DNA of 64,000 bases from an uncultured Gemmatimonadaceae bacterium (GCA_963829055.1 CAWHHI010000012.1:160001-224000); one strand, 5' to 3'. Shown: positions 1-10,902, counted from the stretch's first letter. Numbers and translations are program-made. The notes: generated by a model from the sequence alone, not told the origin.

Positions 1-51
1 GGCACGTGTGGTGGCGTGAGACGTACTACGTGCGACATGGATCAGGAACTG

Positions 52-1449
52 TCAGGGCGAGCCTTGCCGAGCTCGCTCGATCCACAGCAAAGCGGCGCTG
101 AGCGGTGCATCGCGACCCGCCGACAGGTCCGCTCGGTTCAACGGAACGAGTTCATCGGGCCGCACGCCAGTACCCTCGATACGTGACCCGTCCGCGGCCA
201 CGAAATCGGCGATGACGTGCATGAGGACATCGCCATTCGGCAGGCGCGTCGCCATGGCTGGTAGTGCCTGCCCCGCGGTGCGTTCCCCGAAGACGCGCGC
301 GCGTCCGAGCGCCTGCAACGCCGCGCTGAACATCTCCGTGGTGCTCGCGGACATTCCGTCGACGAGAATCGCGAGTGGCCGGCTGTAGGGTTCCACCGCA
401 ACGCCGGCTTCCGTTGCGCGACGAGGGTTCGCGACGAATCGCATCTCGTCGCCGCGTGTCCTCATCGTGCCCAGCGTGAGCGGCTCACCAAGGAAGTGGC
501 CGGCCGCACCCATCATCATCCCGGCCACACCGCCCGGATTTCCACGAAGGTCGAGCACGATGCCGGCGCAGTCGCGAGAGGCTTGCACCGCTCGATCGAA
601 CGCTGGCATGACCGGTGGCAGCCAGTAATCGAAGCGGATGACGCCGACGCATCGTCCGTCGGACAACGTACGACGACTCGCGTCGAACGCGGTGGCGAGC
701 GGCGGCAGATTCCCGAATCGAACGAGAGGACCGCGCAGCGAATCCCGCGCGAACGTGACGTCGCGTGTCACGCCGGCACCATCGTGCGCGATCACGCGCA
801 CCGGAGTGCCTGGTGCTCCGCGAAGGACGTGCATTGCCCCGACGATGGCCGACAACCGTTGTGCCGGGAGCGTGTCCGCGTCGCCTAACGCTGCAATGGG
901 ATGGTCGTCGATGCGCTCGACGATCCATCCGGGCGCCACGCCAGCACGCCGCGCTGCTCCGGCGCTATCGACGCGCCACACGACCACGCGCTGATCGACG
1001 ACCCGCAGCGCGAGACCCGACGAGCCTAACGACTCGTCGGCCGTCGCCTCGCTCGCACCCGCCGGCACCGATTGCGCAGGCAGCACTGAGAAGTGCGATT
1101 CGCCAATGCGGCTGAGCATGTCGGTAATGACCGTGCGCAGTGCGCTGTCCGTTGCGGCATGTACGGCACGCGGACGCAGTTCACGGCCAACGGCTGGCCA
1201 GTCGACACGCGTCACGCCGCGGTATTCGAGTGAGCTTCCTACGGTTCGCCACACGGAATCGAACGTAGCAGTTGCGAGCGCGGAGTCGAACGGCGCCCGA
1301 GATCCGGTATCGGAGTCTATGGCGAGGCGCGTCGGCGCCCTCAGTGCCGGGGCATGGCCGTCGGCGCTTCCTGTCTCGACAGGCGCGAGCCACGTGCTCG
1401 CGAATAGCACGACGGGTGCGACGATCGAAGCGCGGACGAAAGCGTACAT
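52..1449 (-). CDS. S41 family (C-terminal processing type) peptidase with PDZ-like region, exported
   Basis: Signal-peptide-like N-terminus; motifs VLDLRGNPGG, LVDGMSASTTE, GERTAG and IEGTGVRPD typical of S41 proteases. Confidence 0.85.
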   Translation of the reverse strand: MYAFVRASIVAPVVLFASTWLAPVETGSADGHAPALRAPTRLAIDSDTGSRAPFDSALATATFDSVWRTVGSSLEYRGVTRVDWPAVGRELRPRAVHAATDSALRTVITDMLSRIGESHFSVLPAQSVPAGASEATADESLGSSGLALRVVDQRVVVWRVDSAGAARRAGVAPGWIVERIDDHPIAALGDADTLPAQRLSAIVGAMHVLRGAPGTPVRVIAHDGAGVTRDVTFARDSLRGPLVRFGNLPPLATAFDASRRTLSDGRCVGVIRFDYWLPPVMPAFDRAVQASRDCAGIVLDLRGNPGGVAGMMMGAAGHFLGEPLTLGTMRTRGDEMRFVANPRRATEAGVAVEPYSRPLAILVDGMSASTTEMFSAALQALGRARVFGERTAGQALPAMATRLPNGDVLMHVIADFVAADGSRIEGTGVRPDELVPLNRADLSAGRDAPLSAALLWIERARQGSP

Positions 1450-1709
1450 TGCGAACCGCCGAGGAAATGCCCGAGAGGGACAGGTGGAGTGCGACGAACA
1501 CAGGGCATCGTCTCAGCAGCCGTCAGCAGTGAAGACGAGCAACCGGTCGTGTCGTTCACGCAGCGCGCACCATTTTGGCACACAGGGCGCGAATTGTGCT
1601 CTCGCTCACCAGCCGACGCGTGACAGGCGCCCTCGCGCGCGCGTCCAATCCCTGACCGGCGCTGCCTCCGTCACTTGCGCCGTGTCGGCCGCCACAATTA
1701 GAACACATC

Positions 1710-2252
1710 ATGCAAAGCACCCGACGTTCATTCGCCGCCCTGCTCGCGGCGGTCATCCTTGCCGTGCCCTGCACGTCCGCTCGCGCGCAGACCCTTCAGC
1801 CGGGCACGCGCGTCCGCGTGCAGTCATCCCAGGTCGTTGCGCCGATCATCGGCAGTTACCAAGGGATGCGGCGTGATACGCTGGTCGTGATCGAAGACGG
1901 CGCCGGCGCACAGGTATGGACGTTCACCAGCTCGGCGGTCGACCGCCTGGAAATCAGCGCTGGAATGAAAGGCCGGAATCGCAAGCCGACGGCGCGCTGG
2001 GCGCTCATAGGTGCCGGCATCGGGGGGGCTGCCGGTTGGCTTACGGCGGTGATCCTGGAAAACGCCAGCAGCAATCAGGAATACAACGACGTCCTCAGCG
2101 CCTTGATCGGCGCCGGCGCGGGCGCTGCATTCGGTGCCGTGTATGGCTCTCACAAGCTGGAGGAGCATTGGACGCCGGTACCGATGCCTGCTCGTGTGGG
2201 AATCCTGCCGACCAGGAACGGCATCAGGTTCTCACTGTCTGCCTCGTTCTGA
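1710..2252 (+). CDS. Exported hypothetical protein with glycine-zipper-like hydrophobic segments
   Basis: Signal peptide ending ARA-Q; GAGIGGAAG and GAGAGAAFG segments; C-terminal SLSASF. Confidence 0.7.
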   Translation: MQSTRRSFAALLAAVILAVPCTSARAQTLQPGTRVRVQSSQVVAPIIGSYQGMRRDTLVVIEDGAGAQVWTFTSSAVDRLEISAGMKGRNRKPTARWALIGAGIGGAAGWLTAVILENASSNQEYNDVLSALIGAGAGAAFGAVYGSHKLEEHWTPVPMPARVGILPTRNGIRFSLSASF

Positions 2253-2399
2253 AGGGCGCGGCCGCGCGGCATCGCGTCCGGCTCACTGATCCCTTCCCCC
2301 CGTTAGTAGCTTGTTCTCGGCGCGGCCATCCGTCGCGCATCGGCGGCGCCATCCAGTGCGCCGCCTGCCGCCCTCAACCGCCGAGCAATCCTGACGTCT

Positions 2400-2885
2400 A
2401 TGCCAGCGCCACTGATTGGCGTGATCATGGGGAGTAAGAGCGACTACGAGCATCTCGCGCCTGCGTGCGCGGTGCTCGATGAGTTGCAGGTGCCTTACGA
2501 GGCACGAGTCGTGTCGGCCCACCGAACTCCAGACTGGATGTTCGAATACGCGTCCACCGCCGAACAACGCGGTCTGCTCGTGATCGTCGCGGCAGCGGGC
2601 GGTGCGGCGCACCTTCCCGGCATGGTCGCGGCAAAGACCCTGGTGCCAGTGCTCGGCGTCCCGGTCCCCGCGACAATGCTGAACGGCATCGACGCGCTGC
2701 TCTCGATCGTGCAGATGCCCGCCGGTGTCCCAGTCGGTACGCTGGCGATTGGTAAGCCGGGCGCGACCAACGCCGCCATCCTGGCCGCCGAGATCGTGGC
2801 GATCCGGCACCCCGAGGTGCGGGAGCGCTTGCGTGCGTGGCGCGACCGCCGGCGCGACGACGTCATGGGACAGCAACTGCCGTAA
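2400..2885 (+). CDS. purE: N5-CAIR mutase
   Basis: IMGSKSD, VSAHRTP, AAHLPGMVAA, SIVQMPAGVPVGT motifs. Confidence 0.97.
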   Translation: MPAPLIGVIMGSKSDYEHLAPACAVLDELQVPYEARVVSAHRTPDWMFEYASTAEQRGLLVIVAAAGGAAHLPGMVAAKTLVPVLGVPVPATMLNGIDALLSIVQMPAGVPVGTLAIGKPGATNAAILAAEIVAIRHPEVRERLRAWRDRRRDDVMGQQLP

Positions 2886-2887
2886 CG

Positions 2888-4031
2888 ATGATCGAGCCTG
2901 GCGCGACAATTGGGATTCTCGGCGGCGGCCAGCTCGGACGGATGACGGGCATGGCTGCGCGCTCGCTCGGCTACGATGTGCACGTGCTCGACCCGGACCC
3001 GAACTGCCCCGCGTCGGTGATCGCGAGCCGCACCGTCGCCGCTCGCTTCGATGATGCGGACGCCGCGGCCTCGCTTGCCGAACGGTGCGCCGTCGTGACG
3101 CTCGAGATCGAGCAGATCGGTACGGCGTCACTCGCAGCGGTCGCGGCTCTCGCGCCACTGCGTCCGAGCGGAGCCGCCGTTCACATCATTCAGGACCGCA
3201 TCCGCCAGAATCAGTGGCTCGAGGCGCAGGGGTTCCCCGTCGGCCCGTTTCGCGCGGTGTCATCGCTCGACGAGAGCATTGCGGCGTTCGAGGCACTCGG
3301 CCGCTGCATCTTCAAGTCGACGAGCGGCGGTTACGACGGGCGCGGGCAGGTGCGCGTCGCGACGGTCGACGAGGCGGCCGCCGCGTGGGAGTCGCTCGGG
3401 GACTCGCCCGTGTCTCGTCGAACAGTTTCTCGACGTGGAGATCGAGATCTCGATGCTCGTAGCCAGACGCCCTGCGGTCACTGGCGTGGCGGAACCCGAG
3501 ACCGTCCTGTTCCCGCCGTCGTTCAACTATCACAGTCAGGGCATTCTCGACTGGTCGATGCTTCCGGCGTCGGTTCCGGAGCTCGTGGCCGGGCGCGCCG
3601 ACTCGATCGCGCGCGGCATCGCGCACGCGTTAGGCATCGAGGGGCTCATCGCGGTCGAGCTGTTCCTGCTGGCGGACGGCCAGCTGCTGGTGAACGAGCT
3701 CGCGCCGCGGCCGCACAACACGTTTCACTCCACGGAGCGCGGCTGCGCGACGAGCCAGTTCGAGCAGCTGGTGCGCGCTGTCTGCGATCTTCCGCTCGGC
3801 AGCACCGAAATCGTGCGCCCGGCCGCGATCGCGAATCTGCTGGGTGATCTGTGGAACAACGGCGATCCGGACTTCGCCGCGGCGCTTCGTGTGCCGACGG
3901 TCCGGCTGCACCTCTACGGCAAAGCGTCGGCGCGACCTGGCCGCAAGATGGGCCATCTCTCGGCCGTCGGAGAGACCGCCGACGAGGCAATGGCTCGCGT
4001 GCTCCGGGCGCGAGACGCAATGCGGCGGTAG
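2888..4031 (+). CDS. purK: N5-CAIR synthetase (frameshift near 3400)
   Basis: IGILGGGQLGRM and GGYDGRGQ in one frame; NELAPRPHN, TSQFEQ and RPGRKMGH in the next frame; directly follows purE. Confidence 0.93.
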
Positions 4032-4067
4032 CAACGCGCCGTCGCGCTGCGTCCTGTCACCGGCGCG

Positions 4068-4808
4068 TTAGGCGCCGACCTCGATCACCCGAAACGGTGT
4101 CTGCTCCGGCCAGCACTTCTTGAGCAACGGCATCGCGACGTTGTAGACGGGAATGCCGGAGCTCGTTCTCCCTTCCAGCGCCCCGTTGTGTGCATGGCCG
4201 TGGATGACGGCCGTTACGGGGTACCTGGCGAGCGGCTCCTCGAGCCGGCTGCTGCCGAGATATGGGAAGATCTCGAGCGGCTCCCCTTCGACGGTGGCGC
4301 GTATCGGCGAGTAGTGCAGCAAGGCCACGCGATGCGGCGTGCGCAACCGGGCGAGCGCGCTCTCGAGCTTGAACGCTTCATTGACGGCTTCGCGCACGAA
4401 CAGCTTGATGATGTCTTCGCCCCAGGGTCCAAGCGCACCGCGTCCGAAGCCGCCACAGAATCCCTTCACGCCCGCGAAGCCCACGCCTTGCAGTTCACAG
4501 GCGTCGCCGTCGAGCACCGTAACGCCCGCGTCCGTGAGGATCTGTCGGACCTCGTCTGCCTTCCCCGCCTCGAAATCGTGATTGCCCAGCACCGTTACGC
4601 ACGGAACGCGGAGTGCTGTTCCCACATCACGCGCGAGCACGCGCGCCTCCTCGGGCAGGCCGTAATCGGTGAGGTCACCGCACATGACGAGCACATCCGC
4701 TCGCTCGGATACCTGCGCAAACACAGACGCGAGCGCGCCCTGCCCCGTCTTACTGACGTGGATGTCGCTCATCGCCGCTATGCGCACGATTCCGGGGGTC
4801 ATTGCCAT
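4068..4808 (-). CDS. Calcineurin-like metallophosphoesterase
   Basis: Metal-binding motifs SDIH, CGDLT, LGNHD, LLHYSP, HGHAH. Confidence 0.92.
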   Translation of the reverse strand: MAMTPGIVRIAAMSDIHVSKTGQGALASVFAQVSERADVLVMCGDLTDYGLPEEARVLARDVGTALRVPCVTVLGNHDFEAGKADEVRQILTDAGVTVLDGDACELQGVGFAGVKGFCGGFGRGALGPWGEDIIKLFVREAVNEAFKLESALARLRTPHRVALLHYSPIRATVEGEPLEIFPYLGSSRLEEPLARYPVTAVIHGHAHNGALEGRTSSGIPVYNVAMPLLKKCWPEQTPFRVIEVGA

Positions 4809-4908
4809 CAGTCAGCTCGTATTCGGGAAATCGTGAGCCAGCTCAGCTAGCCTTACTCTTGCAACGCGGTCGCGCATACGGCTGACCTTCCTCTTCAACA
4901 AGCGTTCC

Positions 4909-5736
4909 GTGCCGCACAAACCAAACTCCAGAACGCCGAGTGAGATCGACCGTGACATGGCGGCTCGCTACACGCGTCGCTTTTACCGCGACGTGCTGAC
5001 GTCGCTCGAGCGAGCGAACGTGCCTGTTCTGGTCGGTGGGGCCTTCGCGTTCTCGCACTTCACGGGCATTCAGCGCCCGACGAAAGATTTCGATCTGTTC
5101 GTGCGCCGCGAGCATATCGAGCGCGCGCTGGCGACGCTCGCCGACGCTGGCTTTCACACGGAGCTCACGTTTCCGCACTGGCTGGGAAAGGCGCGCTCCG
5201 ACGAGTTCCTCGTGGACCTCATCTTTGGCTCGGGAAACGGCGTCGCGCCCGTTGATGATATGTGGTTCGAGAACGCGGTGCAGGCAGAGGCCGTCGGCGT
5301 GCCGGTCTGGCTCTCCCCGGCGGAAGAACTGCTCTGGTCCAAGTCGTTCGTGATGGAACGCGAGCGCTATGACGGGGCGGACGTGATTCACATCCTGCAT
5401 GCGCGTGGGCCGACGCTCGACTGGGCACGGCTGCTCGATCGCTTCGGGGACTACTGGCGAGTGCTGCTCTTGAATCTCGTGCTGTACGGATTCGTCTACC
5501 CAGGCAAGGAGTCGCCGGCGCCTCGATGGGTGACGGACTCGCTCGTGTCGCGGTTCCAGGACGAAACCGAGGATCCGCCGAAGGACGAGCGCATCTGCCG
5601 CGGCACGCTGATCTCGCGCGAGCAGTATCTCATCGACGTGCTCGAGTGGGGCTACGGCGATGCGCGGATGCAGCCGCGCGGGCCAATGAGTGCGACGGAG
5701 ATCGCCCACTGGACCGAGGCCATCGGCAAGGGTTAG
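4909..5736 (+). CDS. Pol-beta-superfamily nucleotidyltransferase, uncharacterised
   Basis: LVGGAFA...RPTKDFDLFV (GG plus DxD) and a later VDLIF aspartate. Confidence 0.85.
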   Translation: MPHKPNSRTPSEIDRDMAARYTRRFYRDVLTSLERANVPVLVGGAFAFSHFTGIQRPTKDFDLFVRREHIERALATLADAGFHTELTFPHWLGKARSDEFLVDLIFGSGNGVAPVDDMWFENAVQAEAVGVPVWLSPAEELLWSKSFVMERERYDGADVIHILHARGPTLDWARLLDRFGDYWRVLLLNLVLYGFVYPGKESPAPRWVTDSLVSRFQDETEDPPKDERICRGTLISREQYLIDVLEWGYGDARMQPRGPMSATEIAHWTEAIGKG

Positions 5737-5747
5737 CCGACGCGAGG

Positions 5748-8700
5748 CTAGTCGCGAAGCTCGGCATCCTCGCGGACGCGGTCGGTCAGCTCGCCACGCG
5801 ATGTCACACCGAGTTTCGCGAAGACATTCGAGAGATGCGTGCTCACGGTTCTCGACGAAATGCTGAGCGCCGCTCCGATCTCCTTGTTCGACTTGCGCGC
5901 CGCCACGAGCCGCGCAATCTCGCGTTCGCGCCCGGTCAGCGAGCCCGCGCCCTCGACGATGGCTTTCGCGGGTGGTCGCGCGCCGAGCTCACGCAGCTGT
6001 TCGCGTGCGCCCCGCAACTCGGTCTCGGCACCGATGCGCGCGAACACGTCATGGGCGCGCCGCAACTCGCGCATCGCGCCTTCGCGATCGCCACGCGCGG
6101 CGAGCAACTGTGCGAGGTTGCGCCGAATGCGCGCGGCATTGAATACGAATGGAACCGCGTCCAGCTGGTCGGCCGCCGAGCCGAGCAGTTCGACCGCTCG
6201 CTCGGTGTCGTTGTCTCTGAGTCGCGCGACCAGCGCATCGCTCGCGATCGCCCAGGCGCGACCGAGCGCGTGGCCCATCCGCGCAGAGTCGGTTCGCAAC
6301 CGTTCCCCGTGCCGCTGCGCCCGCTCGAAATCCTGCAGCCACAACGCGGCCTCGATGATGATCGGCATGAGTCGGTGCACCGACCACGCGATGTACCCGG
6401 AGCTCTCCGCCAGCGCGACGCCAGCTTCGCCTAACGCGATCGCCCGCTTGTAGTCTCCGGTCGCGAGCGCATACGCGGCCATCCCCGTGTGCGCCGGGAC
6501 CACGGTGTTCACGTCCACCGTGCGGTGCGCGGTGTCCGCGGCACCCGACATCGACCAGCTCTCCTCGAACAGTGCTTTCGCTTTCTCCAGCTCGCCGCGT
6601 CCGAGATGCATGAGCCCAGTCCACACGAGGAGTCGCGGCAGCAACGTTCGCGCGCCGACGGCCCGCGCGACGGGTATCGTGCGCTCGGCGAGCGAGAGCC
6701 CGGCGTTCCAATCGCCGATGCCTGACGCGTACTCGATCGACACCTCGTTCGTCCACACCCCGAGCACGGGAGAACGGAGCTCTTCGGCGATCCGTTGCGC
6801 TTCACTCACGTGCCGGGCAAGGTCGCCCGCGTTGCCGGTGAGCCCCGACAGAACCGCAATGCCCCAGTGTGCCGCCCACTCGACCGCGCGCTCGTTGGCC
6901 GAACCCGCAAACGTGATCGCTTGTTCGCCGTGCAGTCGCGCCTCTGCGCCACTCCCAATGAACATGTAGAGCTGCATCAAGGCGCGATGAATTCGCGCGA
7001 GCATGCCGGCGTGCTTCAGTCGCTCCGCGATCTCGAGCGCCGCTTGCAGCTCGGTGAGTGCATCGTTAGGCCGGCCGAGCTCCTGGAACGCGGCAGCACG
7101 AGCGATACGCACGCGGGCCGCGAGTCGCTCGTCGCCGGCGCGCGCCGCCGCCTCGAGTCCAGCGGCATAGTGGGCAAACGCATCATCGTGATGCCCAGCC
7201 CAGAAGCTCGCGAGGCCCAACCTCCGCTCAATGGATGCGATACGGCCTGCGTCGTCGCGCTTTCGCGCGTGGTCGAGCGCACGCTCCCATAGCGCGCGCG
7301 CCGTATCGTATTCGCCGTTTCGCTGTCGGGCTCTCGCCAGATCCTCGACGAGGGTCGCCACCTCGTCCGGTGACGGGGCATCGCGCTCGGCGCCCGCATG
7401 CCGGTCGAGGATATCGAGGGCGCCGCCAAGATAGCTCGCCGCTTCGCGCGTCGCGTACGTCGCGAGCGCGGCGCGGCCGGCGCCGGCCAGGTAGCGCGCC
7501 GCCTTTGGCGCGAGCTCCGGCGATGCCGCGCGCGAGAAGTGAAATGCCAGCTCGTTCGCGTGCGCATCCGACGAGGCGCCGTACAATCGCTCGAGCGCCG
7601 TGCCCAGGCGCCCGTGAAGCAAGCGTGTACGCGCTTTTCCGAGCTCCGCGTAGAGCGTCGCCTGGAGCGTGGGATGCGTGAAGTCGTATTGGAGAGCGTC
7701 CGCGACATCCGCGTCGACGAGCACTCGCTCGCGACGCAGCTCGTCGACTGCTTCGACCAACGACGACGGCGCGAGATCGCTCACGGCTTCGAGCGCGTCG
7801 TATGAAACACGCGAGCCAAGCACCGCCGCGAGGTCGGCGACGATTCGTGCGGTGAGCGACAGTCGGTCGAGCCGCGCGACGATCGCGTCACGCACGGTGC
7901 GCGGTAAATCGAGCTCCGTCACATCCCAGCCCACCCAGCGTCCCTCGTCGCGATGAAGTCTCCCCGAACCGATGAGGGACTTCAGCATTTCCTCGACGAA
8001 GAACGGGTTGCCGCGTGTGCGCTCGTAGAGGAGCGCGGCGAACTCACGGATGCTCGCCGGGTCCATCCCGAACACGTTACCCAACAGCTCATCGCTCTTC
8101 GCTCGCGACAGCGGCGTGAGTCGCAGCACGCTCGCGATTCCCAACCCGACGAGGGAACGCTCCGTACTCGCGAGCGTGGCGTTGGAATCGCGCTGCGCCT
8201 CGTTGTACGAGCAGAGCACGACAATGCGGAGTCCTGCGAGTTGCCGCGCCGTGAAGTGCAGCAACTCGAGCGACGACGCGTCGGCCCACTGCAGATTCTC
8301 GAGCGCGATGAGGAGCGGCCGCTTCGCGGCAAAGCGCCCGAGGAACTGGCTGAAGTTCCAGAGCAGCCGCGCCTTCGTGTCTGACGCAGCACCATTGGCT
8401 TGTGCCCGGGTTTCTGAATGCAGGTCGAGCGCCGGGAACAGCCGAGCGAGCTCCGCCTCGCCTCCGCGCGACAGCACGGTCAAGGTGCCGCGGTCGAGCG
8501 CCTTGAGCACCGGGAGGAGCGCATCCGCGAACACGGCGTATGGCACTCCCGTTTCGACGGGATATGCCCGGCCGACCGCCGTCGACCAGCCGCGCGAGGT
8601 CGCTTCTTCCACGACCGACTCGGCCAACCGCGTCTTCCCGATTCCTCCTTCTCCCGCGAGGAAAATCGTCGATGATGTTCCACGCTCGGCCGCATCGAGC

Positions 8701-8786
8701 GCACGCACGAGCACGGCGCGCTCCACGTCGCGTCCGGTAAGCGGAAGGAGCCCGACCTGCGAGTTGCCAGCGCGGCGGTCCGTCAC
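5748..8786 (-). CDS. Large ATP-binding LuxR-family regulator (AAA ATPase, TPR-like repeats, LuxR HTH)
   Basis: Walker A GEGGIGKT, LENLQWAD, TRGNPFF; C-terminal LTGREREIARLVA...SNKEIG...SSRTVSTHLSNVFAKLGV; start uncertain (ORF open to 8870). Confidence 0.9.
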   Translation of the reverse strand: MTDRRAGNSQVGLLPLTGRDVERAVLVRALDAAERGTSSTIFLAGEGGIGKTRLAESVVEEATSRGWSTAVGRAYPVETGVPYAVFADALLPVLKALDRGTLTVLSRGGEAELARLFPALDLHSETRAQANGAASDTKARLLWNFSQFLGRFAAKRPLLIALENLQWADASSLELLHFTARQLAGLRIVVLCSYNEAQRDSNATLASTERSLVGLGIASVLRLTPLSRAKSDELLGNVFGMDPASIREFAALLYERTRGNPFFVEEMLKSLIGSGRLHRDEGRWVGWDVTELDLPRTVRDAIVARLDRLSLTARIVADLAAVLGSRVSYDALEAVSDLAPSSLVEAVDELRRERVLVDADVADALQYDFTHPTLQATLYAELGKARTRLLHGRLGTALERLYGASSDAHANELAFHFSRAASPELAPKAARYLAGAGRAALATYATREAASYLGGALDILDRHAGAERDAPSPDEVATLVEDLARARQRNGEYDTARALWERALDHARKRDDAGRIASIERRLGLASFWAGHHDDAFAHYAAGLEAAARAGDERLAARVRIARAAAFQELGRPNDALTELQAALEIAERLKHAGMLARIHRALMQLYMFIGSGAEARLHGEQAITFAGSANERAVEWAAHWGIAVLSGLTGNAGDLARHVSEAQRIAEELRSPVLGVWTNEVSIEYASGIGDWNAGLSLAERTIPVARAVGARTLLPRLLVWTGLMHLGRGELEKAKALFEESWSMSGAADTAHRTVDVNTVVPAHTGMAAYALATGDYKRAIALGEAGVALAESSGYIAWSVHRLMPIIIEAALWLQDFERAQRHGERLRTDSARMGHALGRAWAIASDALVARLRDNDTERAVELLGSAADQLDAVPFVFNAARIRRNLAQLLAARGDREGAMRELRRAHDVFARIGAETELRGAREQLRELGARPPAKAIVEGAGSLTGREREIARLVAARKSNKEIGAALSISSRTVSTHLSNVFAKLGVTSRGELTDRVREDAELRD

Positions 8787-9037
8787 GCCGTCACGATCGG
8801 CCAGCCCGCTGGCCCGCCTAACGTGAGCGCAGACCATGCGGCCGCCCCGCGGCCACGCAGGTGCCCGCATGTGCTGAGAGGTCGCGCGAGTCGCCGACTA
8901 CCGAAGGTCATCGAGGCCTAGGGGACACAGGGACGCACACTGCGCTGCGCGACTAATCTGCACCAGCTCCAACTCGCGACCGGACTGCGGTCCTATGTTA
9001 TGCTCATGACGACACTCGCCGCTAGAAGCTGGGATGC

Positions 9038-9072
9038 AAAACGAGCAGGATAGCGACTGAGCGATCCTGCTC
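9038..9072 (-). terminator. Probable intrinsic terminator after the uppS-like gene
   Basis: Stem GAGCAGGAT (9043-9051) / ATCCTGCTC (9064-9072), followed on the minus strand by GTTTT. Confidence 0.6.
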
Positions 9073-9099
9073 CTTAGCGGTCTCTAACATATCGGGGTG

Positions 9100-9858
9100 T
9101 TAGGCGCTGCCATACGCGGCGGCGGGTGGCGCATCTCCGACGTCGCCGAAGCGACGCTCACGACGTTGATACTCGGCGATCGCAGACTCGAGGTCGCGTG
9201 CCGAGAACTCCGGCCACATCCGCGGCGTGAAGACAAGCTCGGCGTATGCGCATTCCCACAAGAGAAAGTCGCTCAGCCGCTGCTCCCCGCCCGTACGTAT
9301 GAGCAGGTCGACGTCCGGAATACCCTCCGGTGCGTGCGCCACGGCCGCCATGGCCTCGCTGAATTTCTCGCGTGTGACCGGGCCGCCTCGTAGGCGCGCG
9401 GCGGCGTCGAGGATGAGGTCGCGCGCAGAGTAATCGACCGCGACGCGCAGATGCATGTCGCGACATTCCGCGGTCGTTTCCTCGGCCGCTTCGATCGCGC
9501 GCCGGAGGGCGGTGCCCAGCCGGTCGCGCCGCCCGACAACACTGAGACGAATGCCGTTCTCGAGACATCGCTGCGTCTCGGCCGCGAGGTAGCGACGGAA
9601 CAGCGCCATCAGCGCCGTGACTTCGGATTCCGGGCGACGCCAGTTGTCCGACGAGAAGGCGTAGAGGGTCAACGCTTCGATTTGTAGCCGGCGCGCCGCC
9701 TCGACGGTTTGCTTCACCGCGCGAGCGCCGGCAGCATGGCCGAAGGTGCGGGGACGGCCGCGCGTATTCGCCCAGCGCCCGTTGCCGTCCATGATGACAG
9801 CGATGTGGCGCGGCATGTACCGCGAAAGTTGCAGGGTGTGTGATGTGCTCACGTTCAT
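9100..9858 (-). CDS. uppS: cis-prenyltransferase (undecaprenyl diphosphate synthase family)
   Basis: [46 protein letters not shown]. Confidence 0.93.
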   Translation of the reverse strand: MNVSTSHTLQLSRYMPRHIAVIMDGNGRWANTRGRPRTFGHAAGARAVKQTVEAARRLQIEALTLYAFSSDNWRRPESEVTALMALFRRYLAAETQRCLENGIRLSVVGRRDRLGTALRRAIEAAEETTAECRDMHLRVAVDYSARDLILDAAARLRGGPVTREKFSEAMAAVAHAPEGIPDVDLLIRTGGEQRLSDFLLWECAYAELVFTPRMWPEFSARDLESAIAEYQRRERRFGDVGDAPPAAAYGSA

Positions 9859-9893
9859 TGCGTCATGCGGCGAACCGTTCGGTCAAGCAGTGG

Positions 9894-10292
9894 TCAGGCA
9901 TCTCTCGCGGCCCGGATCAGCGCTTCCATGTGATCGAGGTAGCGCTCGAATGCTTTGCGGCCCGGTACGGTCAGGGCGTACGCGGTCTTCGGCATCCGAC
10001 CCTCGAATGACTTCGTACACGAGATGTAGCCGGCATCCTCGAGCTTCCGGGCGTGGACGCTCAGGTTGCCATCGGTCGTTTGGAGCAAGCCCTTCAACTC
10101 GTTGAACGTCAGCGATTCGTTCGCCGCCAGCGCGCTGACGATTCCGAGGCGCATCCGCTCGTGGATGAGACGATCGAGCGCACCTGGCGTCGCCTCGGCC
10201 GCGCGGCCGCGCACGCTCCGTAACGCTTCCTTCTCGTCGTCGTGCTTCCTCGCTCCGCCCCGTGGGTCTGGGGCTGCGCCGTGTCTAGCCAC
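9894..10292 (-). CDS. Winged-helix transcriptional regulator (ArsR/MarR-like)
   Basis: LDRLIHERMRLGIVSAL...LTFNELK...TDGNLSVHARKLEDAGYI. Confidence 0.9.
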   Translation of the reverse strand: MARHGAAPDPRGGARKHDDEKEALRSVRGRAAEATPGALDRLIHERMRLGIVSALAANESLTFNELKGLLQTTDGNLSVHARKLEDAGYISCTKSFEGRMPKTAYALTVPGRKAFERYLDHMEALIRAARDA

Positions 10293-10902
10293 CGTGCCTC
10301 CTCGCGATCTGGATCCCGAACACGACGTGAACCACCCCGAACCCGCCGACCATCAGCCAATCTCCAACAGCCGGTGGCGCGAACAGGGCCAACGCCCCGA
10401 GGATCATGAAGCAAACACCCATGACCGGGATGATCCGCACCGAGAATGCGCCGCCCGCGACGACCGCCGTTCCGTATAGCAGCAACCACACGGCGGGAAG
10501 AAGATCGTTTGCGCCGGTACGAAGCAGCGCGACCGTCAGCAGCGCCCCGACGAGCATCGCCGGCGAGAATGCCAGCGCGAGTTTCTGCGCTGGCCCGGAC
10601 ACCATCGACACGTCCGACCGCCTCGCCTTCCGCGCCGTAGCCCACATTGACAGCGCAATGCACGCTGCCGCCGTGACCACCCAGGTCCCTACGCGCCATT
10701 CGACGGTGGGTCGGATGTGGGCGACTGCCGCGGCCACCATGGCCAGTACGCCGACGGCCACGATCCCCCAGCCGGAGATGGCCGTGAACGTTCCTGCTCG
10801 CTCCATCGTTTCGCGGATGAAGCGCAGATTGTCCAGCGCACGGTCACTGAGCGCTGGATCGCGCTCGACCGGCGGCGGACGGAGTGGTCTGACCGTGGCC
10901 AT
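10285..10902 (-). CDS. Integral membrane protein, about six TM segments
   Basis: ALDNLRFIRETMERAG followed by several hydrophobic segments; overlaps the regulator start. Confidence 0.85.
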   Translation of the reverse strand: MATVRPLRPPPVERDPALSDRALDNLRFIRETMERAGTFTAISGWGIVAVGVLAMVAAAVAHIRPTVEWRVGTWVVTAAACIALSMWATARKARRSDVSMVSGPAQKLALAFSPAMLVGALLTVALLRTGANDLLPAVWLLLYGTAVVAGGAFSVRIIPVMGVCFMILGALALFAPPAVGDWLMVGGFGVVHVVFGIQIARRHGG

